64,000 nt of DNA, taken from positions 1,794,699 through 1,858,698 of the forward strand of contig OY759726.1 in the NCBI GenBank assembly GCA_963662625.1, given 5' to 3'. The notes under the pieces were generated by a model. The model saw only the letters and a program-made list of their open reading frames with translations. It searched no databases and was not told the origin of the DNA. Of this stretch, positions 28,578-38,192 are shown in pieces (the first letter of the stretch is position 1; the number at the start of each line of letters is the position of its first letter). Origin of the DNA: Nitrosopumilus sp. GTDB lineage: Archaea > Thermoproteota > Nitrososphaeria > Nitrososphaerales > Nitrosopumilaceae. A program made the position numbers and the translations under genes.

Positions 28578-29025
28578 ATGCGCAACATGGCTGCGCGAAA
28601 CGCGCAGTCCTGAAGATCGCGGGGACGGCCCATGGAGCTGGCTTCCGCGACGCCGCCGGGCTGGCCGCGGGGGGTTCTCCGTCAGCCGGACTGCGGGAAA
28701 CGCGGGTTGCAGGACGGCGCGCGTGTCGTGCGAGGGGGAAGAGGGCGACATGGAAAAGTTCGCCGCCGCGCTGCGCCACGCGGGGTTCCCGGCTGAGGCG
28801 GGCGGCACGCGTGCAGGGCGCTCCGAGCCCGCCGGCGAGCGCGGGCGCTTTACCATAGTGCCGGGTGGCACGGCGGTGAACGGGGGAAGATGGAGCCGCC
28901 GGGATGTCCAGACCCCGCCGGATGGGCACGAAGCTGTACTCGACGCCCGGGAAGCGGGATGCCGCGTGGGGGGATCCGCCAGATCCCATCGGGCATCCGC
29001 GGCGTGGCGGGCACGCGCCTGCGGA
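28578..29025 (+). pseudogene. Decayed acylphosphatase-like gene copy (dispersed repeat of 60248-60735)
   Basis: Collinear nucleotide similarity to 60248-60735; ATG replaced by GCG; frameshifts. Confidence 0.75.
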
Positions 29026-29276
29026 TTGCATGGGAAGACGTTGCAAGGGTAAGGGCGAGGCCGTCAGCGTGGCCGCGCTGCCCTCCCGCCACGCGGGCCG
29101 AATCCCGGCGCGCGCTTGGCAAGAAGGCGTCCCGGCCCTGCCGGGCGTCCCCCGGCGGGGGCGCGGGTGGGGAACCGCCCCGCCGGCACCGCGGCGGGAA
29201 GACCCGGCATCCCCGCGCGCGGGCCTCCCTCTTCGCGCCCATGCAGCCCGCGCATCCTGGCGGGGGACGCCCGGGC

Positions 29277-29849
29277 TTACTCGCGGGCGTCGCCCGGGTC
29301 CAGGAAGCCGTCGTACCTTGCCCTCAGGTCCCTGTCGGACAGCACCTCGTAGGCCTCGTTGATCTCCGCCATGGCGTCCTCGGCCCCCCCGCCGGCCCTG
29401 TCCGGGTGGGACCTCTTTGCGAGCTCCCTGTACCGCCGCTTCACCTCCCCCGGCGTGGCGTCCCTCTGCAGCCCCATCACCCCGTAGTAGTCCGGGAGGG
29501 CAGAGTCGCGCGCGGCCCTGGCGAACTCCTCGCTGCGGTGCGCGCCCCCCCTGCCGCCGACCTCCTCGTAGTCGTCGTTCCAGTCAGAGTGGTACTTTTC
29601 GTACGTCCTGTCCCTCTTCGACTCGAGATCCGCAGAGTCGTACGGCGTCTTCCTCCGCAGGATCACGTCCCTTGCGAGGAAGGCCAGTATGCCGGCGACC
29701 GCCGCCACGAGCCCCCCGAACAGCAGCGCCAGGTCCCCGTCCGACACGGCAAGATCCATCTCGAGCTGGCCGCCTCCCCCCGCCTGCGCCGCCGCGTGGG
29801 GTGCGAGTGGGACGGCGGCGGCAAGGAAGAGCAGGGCGGCGGTCCTCAT
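29277..29849 (-). CDS. Membrane-anchored DnaJ-domain protein
   Basis: N-terminal hydrophobic segments; DYY..GL...HPDR...INEAYEVLSD. Confidence 0.9.
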   Translation of the reverse strand: MRTAALLFLAAAVPLAPHAAAQAGGGGQLEMDLAVSDGDLALLFGGLVAAVAGILAFLARDVILRRKTPYDSADLESKRDRTYEKYHSDWNDDYEEVGGRGGAHRSEEFARAARDSALPDYYGVMGLQRDATPGEVKRRYRELAKRSHPDRAGGGAEDAMAEINEAYEVLSDRDLRARYDGFLDPGDARE

Positions 29850-29854
29850 CGTCG

Positions 29855-30298
29855 CTACGCCAGCCCAAAGTCTTCCTTCGCCGTGCGCAGCACGACGCGC
29901 GTGATCGTGCCCTCCACGCCGGGCGTGGCCGACAGACGCTTCACGAAGCCGCTCAGATCGTCCCTCCCCCTGAACTTTGCGATCACCAGCGTGTCGGTGT
30001 CCCCCGTGATGTCGTACACGCCGCACACGTTCCCCACCCCCGACAGCTCCCTCTCGATTCCCACGATCCTGTCGTTCCTTGCGGATATCTCGATGGCCGC
30101 GGTGAGCGCGTATCCGAGCTTCTCGTGGTCGACCACGGCGGCGTACCCGCGGATGACCCTCCCCGCCTCCAGCTTCCTGATCCTCGAGAGGACGGTGGCG
30201 GTGGACATCCCCAGCCGCATCGCGAGCTGCCTCGCAGACAGCCTCGCGTCGTCTGCCAGGTGCCGCATTATCTTCTTGTCCGTCCCGTCCAGGCCCAC
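29855..30298 (-). CDS. Lrp/AsnC family transcriptional regulator
   Basis: LD..D..I...L..DAR HTH; YDITGDTD RAM domain. Confidence 0.93.
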   Translation of the reverse strand: MGLDGTDKKIMRHLADDARLSARQLAMRLGMSTATVLSRIRKLEAGRVIRGYAAVVDHEKLGYALTAAIEISARNDRIVGIERELSGVGNVCGVYDITGDTDTLVIAKFRGRDDLSGFVKRLSATPGVEGTITRVVLRTAKEDFGLA

Positions 30299-30401
30299 GC
30301 GTACTGTCCGGACGAAAATGCATTTAAATTTTCAACGCCGGGGGCCGCCCGGCGCCGGCCGCCGATCCATCCCTTTTATAGAACGTGGGCGGAGGTTCCA
30401 C

Positions 30402-30629
30402 ATGTCAGAGCGCGAGCGGCTGGCCGAAAAGGGGTCAGCCCTCATGGATGCAGGCAGGTACCACGAGGCGCTGGGGTGCTTTGAGCAGGCCCTGCTGCTG
30501 GGGCGGGACGATCCCGAGCTGTGGAACCTCAAGGGGGTAGCGCTGAGGAGCGTCGGCAGGTACGAGGAGGCGTCCGAGTGCTTCAACAGGTCGCTGGAGA
30601 TCGATCCGCGGGACAGGGACTCGTCGTGA
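30402..30629 (+). CDS. Tetratricopeptide repeat protein
   Basis: Two TPR units; TTTTATA box upstream. Confidence 0.85.
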   Translation: MSERERLAEKGSALMDAGRYHEALGCFEQALLLGRDDPELWNLKGVALRSVGRYEEASECFNRSLEIDPRDRDSS

Positions 30630-30644
30630 CCGCGCGGGGAGCGG

Positions 30645-30812
30645 CTAGAACACCGTGACGTCGCCGGGCGCGGGCCCGGTCTCTTTTTGGCGGCTCCCGG
30701 GGGACCCCTTGTGCACGGCCTCCTGGTGGGCCCTAAGGCCCTCCAGGTCGTCGAACCCCTCGTGGCACAGGAAGCACTTGGGCTTGTGCTCGTCTACCAG
30801 CGGCAGCACCAT
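30645..30812 (-). CDS. 55-aa C2H2 zinc-finger microprotein
   Basis: Not in ORF track. MVLPLVDEHKPKCFLCHEGFDDLEGLRAHQEAVH...GPAPGDVTVF (C-x2-C-x12-H-x4-H). Confidence 0.8.
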   Translation of the reverse strand: MVLPLVDEHKPKCFLCHEGFDDLEGLRAHQEAVHKGSPGSRQKETGPAPGDVTVF

Positions 30813-30926
30813 GCGCCTGATGGGCGCCGTCCATACTTAACGGTTGGGAAGCGCGCCGCCGGGCCTCGATCCCGCCACGGAGGGGCACTGTGTAACGTCT
30901 ATATCCCGACGGGGCCCAGCAGGACC

Positions 30927-32024
30927 ATGCTGGAACAGCTCGTGGGGGAGTCCAAGGCCCTTGATCGCGCGTACGCCGGCGAGGAGCTGACGTTCGGCGA
31001 CGGCATGGAGCTGATGCGCCTCGACAACCTCCACCTGCTGGGGGCGCTCGCGGACTCCGCGAGGCGGGGGAGGGCCGGCGACACGGTGACCTTCGCCGCG
31101 TCATACTACATGAACTACACGAACGTCTGCGCGGCGAGCTGCCAGATGTGCGCGTTCTACAGGAAGGAGGGCGCCGACGACGCGTACGTGCTGACGCCCC
31201 GGCAGATAGAGCAGCGCGTGGCAGCCGCGGAGGGGATGGGCGCTACCGAGGTCCACATAGTCGGCGGCTTCCACCCCAGCCTCCCGCTGGAATACTACGA
31301 GGACATGATGCGGGCGATCAAGAAGAACCACCCGGGGATGAACGTCAAGGCCCTCACCGCCGCAGAGGTGTACTACCTGTCCAAGCTCACGAAGAACTCC
31401 ACCGGGGAGATCCTCGGCAGGCTCAAGGACGCCGGGCTCGGCTCCATGCCAGGCGGCGGGGCGGAGCTGTTCCACCCCGGGATCCGCGGCAGGATAGTGA
31501 GGGGCAAGTGCACCGGCCAGCAATGGCTCGACGTAATGGAGGAGGCCCACGGCATGGGGATCAGGAGCAACGTCACCATGCTCTACGGGCACATCGAGAA
31601 GCCCGAGCACGTGGTGGACCACCTGGTCAAGATCCGGGAGCTGCAGAAGAAGACGGGGGGGTTCATCACGCTGATCCCGCTCAAGTTCAGCCTTGACAAC
31701 ACGGAGCTGGAGAAGGAGAACCTGGTGGACAGCGAGTGCTCGGCGGTGTACGACCTGCGCGTGATCGCGCTGTCGCGGCTCATGCTCCGGGGGGCCCTGG
31801 ACAACATCTCCGTCTACTGGGTGGCGTACGGGAAGAAGCTGGCCCAGGTGGCGCTCGCGAACGGGGGCAACGACCTTGTCGGGACCGCCTTCTCCGAGGA
31901 GATATACCGCGCGGCGGGCAAGCCCACGGCGTCGTCGGTCGACGAGCTGGCGGCCATGGCAAGGGAAGCCGGGAGGCAGCCGGCGCAGCGCGACACGTTC
32001 TTCAACGTACTCCGGCGGTTCTAG
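30927..32024 (+). CDS. mqnE: Radical SAM CofH/MqnC/MqnE family, most likely aminofutalosine synthase
   Basis: CAASCQMC, MPGGGAELF and TMLYGHIE motifs; near mqnD. Confidence 0.75.
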   Translation: MLEQLVGESKALDRAYAGEELTFGDGMELMRLDNLHLLGALADSARRGRAGDTVTFAASYYMNYTNVCAASCQMCAFYRKEGADDAYVLTPRQIEQRVAAAEGMGATEVHIVGGFHPSLPLEYYEDMMRAIKKNHPGMNVKALTAAEVYYLSKLTKNSTGEILGRLKDAGLGSMPGGGAELFHPGIRGRIVRGKCTGQQWLDVMEEAHGMGIRSNVTMLYGHIEKPEHVVDHLVKIRELQKKTGGFITLIPLKFSLDNTELEKENLVDSECSAVYDLRVIALSRLMLRGALDNISVYWVAYGKKLAQVALANGGNDLVGTAFSEEIYRAAGKPTASSVDELAAMAREAGRQPAQRDTFFNVLRRF

Positions 32025-32047
32025 GCCCCGGGCCCCCGCGTGCGGGG

Positions 32048-32326
32048 TCACCCGGCCGGCTTCTTCTCCTCCCTCTTCGCGCTGCCCTTCCTGCGCCCCG
32101 CCCCGAAGCTGATCAGCACGAGCAGGAACCCCACGCCGACGAGTATCCCCGCCAGCGTGCCCATGTCCCGGTTCTCCTGCTCCCTTACGAGGAGATCTGC
32201 CGCCTCCGCCTCGCTCATGCCGGCCTGCCCAACGGGCACTGCCGCGCCGATCGCGGCGGAGATGGCTATCCCCACGGACAGCATGGCGAGGCCTCCCGCG
32301 AGGATCCTCCTGTCCACCAGCGCCAT
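32048..32326 (-). CDS. Small two-TM membrane protein
   Basis: Two hydrophobic helices, basic tail. Confidence 0.7.
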   Translation of the reverse strand: MALVDRRILAGGLAMLSVGIAISAAIGAAVPVGQAGMSEAEAADLLVREQENRDMGTLAGILVGVGFLLVLISFGAGRRKGSAKREEKKPAG

Positions 32327-32638
32327 CGCTTGTAATTTTGGCCTGTCGTATATTAGGCATTCTTCCGGCGTCCGGCAGGATCAAGGGGCATGGGTCGGGT
32401 CCGCTGGCAGGTTGCGCGAATTTGGCCCGATCGGACCAGAACATGCACGCGGCAGGGCATGCCAGCCCCCGCGCATCCCGTGCCGCCCACGCGCCGATCC
32501 CCCCCCCCCCGGCGGCGGCCACGGGGGCACGCGCTTCCTGCGGGGCAGGCGATCTGCTTGCCGGTCTTTTCACGCGCTCATGACGGGTGCCGCCTGGAAC
32601 CGGTTTCTCGCTGGCCGCGCGCGGTTGCCGGGGACGGG

Positions 32639-32929
32639 TCAGAACCCCTCCGGCGGGTTCTGCACGAACACGTCGCAGACCAGCGCGTCCGTCTTCGGGT
32701 CCCTGTACCGCACGCTGCACGAGACGAACCTCCCGCGCAGCGCCGCCTCCAGGCCCTCCCGCGCGGCGCCCCCGGGACGCGGCCCGCCGTCCCCCGACAT
32801 TATGATCTTCTCGGACCGCCCGTACTCTTCCGCGTTGTCCTTCCTAAAGTGGGTGACGAGGATCTCGAACGCGTCGTGGGAGAGCACCCCCGTTACCGGA
32901 CCCGCTATCCCGTCGCCCATACCACCCAC
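32639..32929 (-). CDS. Conserved hypothetical protein
   Basis: 96-aa ORF downstream of mqnD. Confidence 0.65.
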   Translation of the reverse strand: MGGMGDGIAGPVTGVLSHDAFEILVTHFRKDNAEEYGRSEKIIMSGDGGPRPGGAAREGLEAALRGRFVSCSVRYRDPKTDALVCDVFVQNPPEGF

Positions 32930-32947
32930 GCGGCCCCCGCGGTATAA

Positions 32948-33775
32948 CTACCTGCCGGCTATGCTCAGGTCGAACTCCGGGACCAGGCCCCGGTCACGCG
33001 CCATCGCGAACAGCCGCCGGATGGACTCCTCCCCCGCGTCCCCCATGCTCACGGTCACGTCGTTTACGTACATCCTCACGAACCTCTCGATGAGGTCCCG
33101 CGGCTTCCCCCTGCCGTACTGCATGGCATAGTCCACCGCCTCGCCGGCGTTCGCCAGCCCGTACTCTATCGAGTCCCGCAGGAGCCCGTCAAACTTGCGG
33201 ATTGCCTCCGCCCCCAGCCCCGTCCTCATCACGTTGATTCCCAGCGGCACCGGCAGCCCCCCGGTGGCCCTGTCCCACCATTCCCCCACGTCCAGGACCT
33301 TGGCGTTGCCTTCCTGACCGTACGACAGCTGCGTCTCGTGGATCACCAGCCCCGCGTCCACCGTCCCGTCCCGGACGGCCCGCGGGATGTCGCTGAAGTT
33401 CATCGCCACGTAGTCGAACTTCCCGACCATCAGCTGCAGCAGGAGGAACGCCGAGGTCATCTCCCCCGGCACCGCGATCCTGCACTTGCCGACGTCGTCG
33501 ATGCCCATCTGCTCCCTCGCGGTGACTATCGGCCCGTAGCCCATCCCGAAGCTGCCGCCGCTCCTCAGGATCGTGTATCCCGGGGCGTACGCGCACGCGT
33601 GCACGGACACCGCGGTCACGTCCAGCTCCGTGCGGGCCGACCTCCTGTTCAGCACCTCGATGTCCTCGACCACGGGCCTCACGTCAAAGTCCGGGGAGGG
33701 GACCCTGCCGGTGAGCATGCCGAAAAACATGAACGCGTCGTCAGAATCCGGCGTGTGCCCCACGGAGATCTCCAC
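32948..33775 (-). CDS. mqnD: MqnA/MqnD family protein, likely 1,4-dihydroxy-6-naphthoate synthase
   Basis: GHTPDSDDAFMF, GYGP, GLVIHE, PVPLG and MYVN motifs. Confidence 0.85.
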   Translation of the reverse strand: MEISVGHTPDSDDAFMFFGMLTGRVPSPDFDVRPVVEDIEVLNRRSARTELDVTAVSVHACAYAPGYTILRSGGSFGMGYGPIVTAREQMGIDDVGKCRIAVPGEMTSAFLLLQLMVGKFDYVAMNFSDIPRAVRDGTVDAGLVIHETQLSYGQEGNAKVLDVGEWWDRATGGLPVPLGINVMRTGLGAEAIRKFDGLLRDSIEYGLANAGEAVDYAMQYGRGKPRDLIERFVRMYVNDVTVSMGDAGEESIRRLFAMARDRGLVPEFDLSIAGR

Positions 33776-33855
33776 AGGTGCACTCCAATGCGTCGTAATA
33801 AAAACCAAAACCCCCCGCGGGCATGGTTTTTCTACCCGGGGCCCGCAACCAGCGC

Positions 33856-34764
33856 ATGGGGACCATCGCCGCCTACGAGAGCGACATACGCCTCCAGCCT
33901 GGATTCCTCGGGTCGTTCCGCGGGCAGCCGATGATCCCGGCTGCGCGGCAGGCCCGCGTCCTGTTCGCCGGCAGCGGGGACTCGCTGGCCGCGTCCATGC
34001 TGGCCGAGTCGTTCTCCGGAGGCAGGGCGAGGGCCGTGGATCCGCTGGACCTGTACAGGAACCCGCGGCTGGCGGAGGGGAAGACGGTCTACTTTGTCTC
34101 GGTGTCCGGGAAGACCGCCGCCAACGTGCGGGCCGCGGGGGCCGTCCCGGAATCCGTCGCGGTCACCGCCGACCCCTCCAGCCGCCTCGCCAGGGCGTGC
34201 TCCAGGTCGATCCAGCTCGACTTTCCGAGCTCCGGGGCGCTCACCGCGGGGAGCGTCGGCTTCCTCGCAAGCGCGCTGACGTGCGCCTCCCTGGTCAGCA
34301 GGATCTCCCTGCCGGGGGCCGGGAGGATCCTTGCCAGGGCCGAGGCCGCGGCGAGGGGCTCCAGCGTCACTGGGAGCGTCTTCGTGCTCGGGGGATTCCA
34401 CACGTACCCGCTGGCGATGTACTGCGCGGCGAAGTTCGGCGAGGTGCTGGGGGCCGCCGCGCGCTACTGCAGGACCGAGCAGTTCTCACACATGGAGCTC
34501 TTCGCGGCAAGGGAGGGCGACACCGTGATCGTGCTTGACGATCCCACCGCGTACAACAGGCGCCTCGCGGGGCACCTCAGGTCCGAGGGCATCGGCGCGC
34601 TCCTTCCGGGGCCCGCGTCTGGGAGCATGATCTCGAAGATCTTGTTCTACGCGTTTTACTCGCAGCTGCTCCCGCTCTACGGGGCCAAGGCCGCGGGGCG
34701 GGACGACTGCCACTTCGTGCTGGCCGGGGGGCTACGCGGGATAAGCGACCGCATGATCTACTGA
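33856..34764 (+). CDS. SIS-domain sugar isomerase family protein
   Basis: FAGSGDS, VSVSGKT and EQFSH motifs. Confidence 0.85.
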   Translation: MGTIAAYESDIRLQPGFLGSFRGQPMIPAARQARVLFAGSGDSLAASMLAESFSGGRARAVDPLDLYRNPRLAEGKTVYFVSVSGKTAANVRAAGAVPESVAVTADPSSRLARACSRSIQLDFPSSGALTAGSVGFLASALTCASLVSRISLPGAGRILARAEAAARGSSVTGSVFVLGGFHTYPLAMYCAAKFGEVLGAAARYCRTEQFSHMELFAAREGDTVIVLDDPTAYNRRLAGHLRSEGIGALLPGPASGSMISKILFYAFYSQLLPLYGAKAAGRDDCHFVLAGGLRGISDRMIY

Positions 34765-34775
34765 ACGCGGCGCCG

Positions 34776-35078
34776 TCACGCGAGATCGGCCACCTCGCCG
34801 AGGTTGTCCAGCCTGATCCGGTTCCCGTCGGTGCGGATGTAGTAGTTGCCGCCAAGCTTGTAGGCGCGCACCGCGTCCCCCCTCCTCCACGAGCTGCCCC
34901 CGTCGTAGGCCGTGACGTGGGAGACCTTGTTCTTGATGTCGGACGCGAGGGTGAGCCTGTCGACCGTCTCGTCGGGGCCGAGCCCGGAGCCCGTGTCCCT
35001 GCGGCGCCTTATCTTGCGCAGCAGGCGGTTCTCGTCGTAGCTTGCCCCGGTGATGAGGTAGTCTGCCCACTTTTCCAA
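34776..35078 (-). CDS. DUF3892-like protein
   Basis: WADYLIT...YIRTDGN...DNL pattern. Confidence 0.7.
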   Translation of the reverse strand: MEKWADYLITGASYDENRLLRKIRRRRDTGSGLGPDETVDRLTLASDIKNKVSHVTAYDGGSSWRRGDAVRAYKLGGNYYIRTDGNRIRLDNLGEVADLA

Positions 35079-35132
35079 CGCACGTATAGGCTCGCAGCTA
35101 ATTTAAAAAGTAACCTAGGGGTGTAACCGTGG

Positions 35133-35492
35133 ATGGGCAGGGGGGAGGTCTCGTTCTCGGCCTCCAGGGTCTTCGTCCACCGCTGGCCGCGGGACGGCCC
35201 CGGGTGGGACGGGCGCGCAAGCGCCATGGCCGAGGAGTTGAACGGTGCGGGGGAGAAACGCGTGACGCTCGGGGACCGCGCCGTGCTCATATCCGGCCAC
35301 AGGTTTGACTGCATAAGGAAGGTCGGGGTTTCCGTGCCCATGTTCAGGAAGGAGGCCAGGATGATCTTCGAGGGCCGCAGCGGGGAGTCCGGCGTGCACG
35401 TGCACGTCACGGCCGGCGGCGCCGACTACCTGGAGGTGCTCGGCTGCATGAGCGAGTGGAGGGACGGGCTCGAGGGCGGGGGGCGGCCGTGA
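35133..35492 (+). CDS. Conserved hypothetical protein
   Basis: ATG ~25 nt after TTTAAAA. Confidence 0.7.
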   Translation: MGRGEVSFSASRVFVHRWPRDGPGWDGRASAMAEELNGAGEKRVTLGDRAVLISGHRFDCIRKVGVSVPMFRKEARMIFEGRSGESGVHVHVTAGGADYLEVLGCMSEWRDGLEGGGRP

Positions 35493-35714
35493 GCCGGGGG
35501 CGCCGCCGCCGGCGCGCGCTGCCAAATCATGCGGAGTCTTTTTTAGGCAACGGCGCGCGTGGTGAAGGGTAAGCAGGATGATCTCTTGCCTGGTTTTTTG
35601 GCATTATGTGAACCTGCTTACAAGCCGGTTTCCCGCGAGGCGGCGCGGCTTTGAACCCGCAGCTGTGAAAAGATCGACCATGGCCGCGTAATAGGCATCC
35701 CCGGGCAAGGCAGC

Positions 35715-35870
35715 GTGCCGGTGATCGAGGCGTACGACGTCAAGGCCGGGAGGAAGGCCGCCATGAGGGACCCCCGCCCGTACCGGATGAAGGACGGGGC
35801 GTGGGCGCCGAGGGGGCCGGCGCGGAGACAGGGATCATCCTGTTCAGGATCGTCGGAAAAGGCAGTACGG
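35715..35870 (+). pseudogene. Frameshifted Cys-free DUF5679-like paralogue
   Basis: IEAYDVKAGRKAAMRDPRPYRMKDGAWA / GAETGIILFRIVGK in two frames, aligning with 27069-27212. Confidence 0.55.
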
Positions 35871-36022
35871 AATGGTTCCTGCCCGGGCTCGACGCGCTCA
35901 AGCGGCCGCCCACCGGCAGGGAATGCGGGCGCGGGAAAGAGTGCTGGCGGGCGCCCCGCGGGCGGCGGTCCCGGCGGCGCCGCCTGCAAAGTATTAATTT
36001 GATTGCCCGCATTGGTGTGCGT

Positions 36023-36499
36023 ATGTCCTTTGGCATGGCGTGGCACGATGATTTCTACGGGATATCGTGGGCGTACGAGAAGGACAGGCTGGTCGTCTCG
36101 ATAGTGTTCGAGGACAAGGAGGCGGCGGCCATGGCGGTCAGGCATGTGGAGACGTGGAACGACAGGTTCACCAGGCTGACCATAATCGAGAAGGACAGCG
36201 GCGAGTACTCGCTGTGCGCCTACCAGGACCCGCAGGTCTCCAAGGCCGGCGCAAGCGTGGGCCTGTACAGGACGGGGATGATCCAGGCAGGCGGGTACGA
36301 GCAGGTGAAGCCGCTGATCCTGGAGAGGGCGCCGCTCCTGCAGATAGCTTACGCCAAGGACGTCAGGGACATGAACACGTACGAGCAGGTCTCCCGCCTG
36401 GTCGCCATGCGGAAGTGCAGGATCATCCCGGAAGGCAGCCTGAAGAGGCAGGAGTTCTACTACGAAAAGACCGCCGAGGAGGGGCACCGCGGGGGCTGA
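36023..36499 (+). CDS. Hypothetical protein
   Basis: Host-like ORF; TATTAATTT box upstream. Confidence 0.75.
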   Translation: MSFGMAWHDDFYGISWAYEKDRLVVSIVFEDKEAAAMAVRHVETWNDRFTRLTIIEKDSGEYSLCAYQDPQVSKAGASVGLYRTGMIQAGGYEQVKPLILERAPLLQIAYAKDVRDMNTYEQVSRLVAMRKCRIIPEGSLKRQEFYYEKTAEEGHRGG

Positions 36500-36561
36500 G
36501 CCGCCGGCCGCGGCCGGCCCCGCAGCTTGGTATTTTAAGGAGGGGCGGGCAACCAACGGGG

Positions 36562-36909
36562 ATGGCAGAATACACGCTTCACGGCTCTGGCGGCCACGTG
36601 GTGGCCGAGCTTACCGACGCGGAGGCGGGGAAGGCTGACCTCGGGGTGGGGAAGCTGTTCCTGGCGCCGGTCGGGAAGATGGGGCCCGAGAAGATGCTCG
36701 GGCACTTTTGCAAGGAGTGCGCCAGGGAGTTTGACGGCCCGCCCGAGACGAGGCCCGAGCCCACGAACGAGGACGTGTCGGAGAACCTGGTCCTGGTGGA
36801 GCGGGGCAGGTACGCCTGCCGGGGCTGCGACGGGACGATAGGCGAGTACAGGGTGTTCAGGAAGCACGACGAGGGCAGCGGCGCCGGGATGGCAAAGCCG
36901 GGGGGATAG
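36562..36909 (+). CDS. Zinc-ribbon hypothetical protein
   Basis: CKEC...CRGC; TTTTAA box upstream. Confidence 0.8.
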   Translation: MAEYTLHGSGGHVVAELTDAEAGKADLGVGKLFLAPVGKMGPEKMLGHFCKECAREFDGPPETRPEPTNEDVSENLVLVERGRYACRGCDGTIGEYRVFRKHDEGSGAGMAKPGG

Positions 36910-36912
36910 GAC

Positions 36913-37083
36913 GTGGGGCTCACGCTGTTCAGGCTGGTCTGCAGGAAGGGGCACCCCTCAAACGCGGTGATCTGGGAGGGCCAGTCGGTCGAGGAGTACG
37001 TAAGGGGCAAGAGGTGCAACAGCTGCTGCTCCGAGCTGGAACGCGCGGGGGCGCGGCGGCCGGGGGCCGCTTCACAAGACTGA
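36913..37083 (+). CDS. Small zinc-binding protein
   Basis: Not in ORF track. MGLTLFRLVCRKGH...KRCNSCCSEL. Confidence 0.65.
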   Translation: MGLTLFRLVCRKGHPSNAVIWEGQSVEEYVRGKRCNSCCSELERAGARRPGAASQD

Positions 37084-37108
37084 TAAAGTCACGGCGGTCC
37101 TAACACGT

Positions 37109-37459
37109 ATGACGGATTTCGTGCACGAGCCGTACGGCACCGTCCTGATCAGGGACATCATAAAGGTGAGCACGGACGACCTGCTCAGCATGATGTCCAC
37201 GCTGGAATCCGGAAACGCGTACTGGGCGGACGGGGTGCTTTTTGCCAGCTTCGCGATGACAGAGTCCGAGGAGCTCGCGAAGAAGGAGATGGAGGGCAAG
37301 ACGTACCTCGACAAGCTGGTCTTCGCGAGGCACGACGGGTACACGGAGACCATAAAGTCGTCCACCAACATGGAGGTCAACGTGATCAACGTCCGGAAGA
37401 GCAGGCTGTACCGCGACCTGATCTCGTGGCTGAAGCGCCAGCCCATCTGGGACGAGTAG
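37109..37459 (+). CDS. Conserved hypothetical protein
   Basis: Host-like 116-aa ORF. Confidence 0.8.
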   Translation: MTDFVHEPYGTVLIRDIIKVSTDDLLSMMSTLESGNAYWADGVLFASFAMTESEELAKKEMEGKTYLDKLVFARHDGYTETIKSSTNMEVNVINVRKSRLYRDLISWLKRQPIWDE

Positions 37460-37462
37460 GCC

Positions 37463-37669
37463 TCAGCGGCCGGCCCGGCGCAGGTCCCTGCAGGCGCCGC
37501 AGAGGTACGCCTTTTTCAGGCGGTCCACCTCGAGGAAGAACGAGTGCGTGCCAAAGTACCGCTCCGCGGCGGCCATGCCTCCCGGCACCCTCTTCTGGCA
37601 CCGCGTGCACCTGAGATCCAGGCTGAACCTGATCCTCTCGGAGCCCTTGTCGGCGTTCCCTATGAGCAA
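37463..37669 (-). CDS. Small zinc-finger protein
   Basis: CTRC...CGAC. Confidence 0.7.
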   Translation of the reverse strand: MLIGNADKGSERIRFSLDLRCTRCQKRVPGGMAAAERYFGTHSFFLEVDRLKKAYLCGACRDLRRAGR

Positions 37670-37779
37670 GCCACGTATGGGGGGCGCCAGGGGGTAATAA
37701 ACGTGGCCTGCCGCGGCCGCCGGGCTCCCCGAGCCGCCCTAAGATATTCTTAAAAACCATGCGTGGCCGTACTACTACC

Positions 37780-38172
37780 ATGGGCCTGGACAGACTGCTG
37801 CAGAGGATAATGGATTCGGACATCAACATCAGGCACGGCATAATCACGGACGCCGAGGGAAACATACTGCACGTGAACCACAGGGAGGGGGTGACGAACT
37901 TCCTGTCCACGGAAGAGACCGCCGCCTCGCTGAAGAGGGCGGCCAGCGCCTGGAAGGCAAGAAAGCAGCTGAGCCCCAAGATCGGGGCGGGGATGTACGC
38001 GGTGGCCGCGTTCGAGAAGATCACGAGGATGACGTTTCCGCTCGGGGACGACAACCTCATATTCGTGAGCATGGGGTCGGACACCGTGAGGATGGACATC
38101 CGCGAGGGCGGCCAGAAGCAGATCATCGAGCACGTCCTGAACATACTGAGCGGCGATCCCACCAGGGCGTAG
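37780..38172 (+). CDS. Roadblock/DUF6659-like small alpha-beta protein
   Basis: IRH.II.D..G and FEKITRMTFP pattern typical of thaumarchaeal paralogues. Confidence 0.7.
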   Translation: MGLDRLLQRIMDSDINIRHGIITDAEGNILHVNHREGVTNFLSTEETAASLKRAASAWKARKQLSPKIGAGMYAVAAFEKITRMTFPLGDDNLIFVSMGSDTVRMDIREGGQKQIIEHVLNILSGDPTRA

Positions 38173-38192
38173 GGAGGCCTGGGGGCCGGCCC

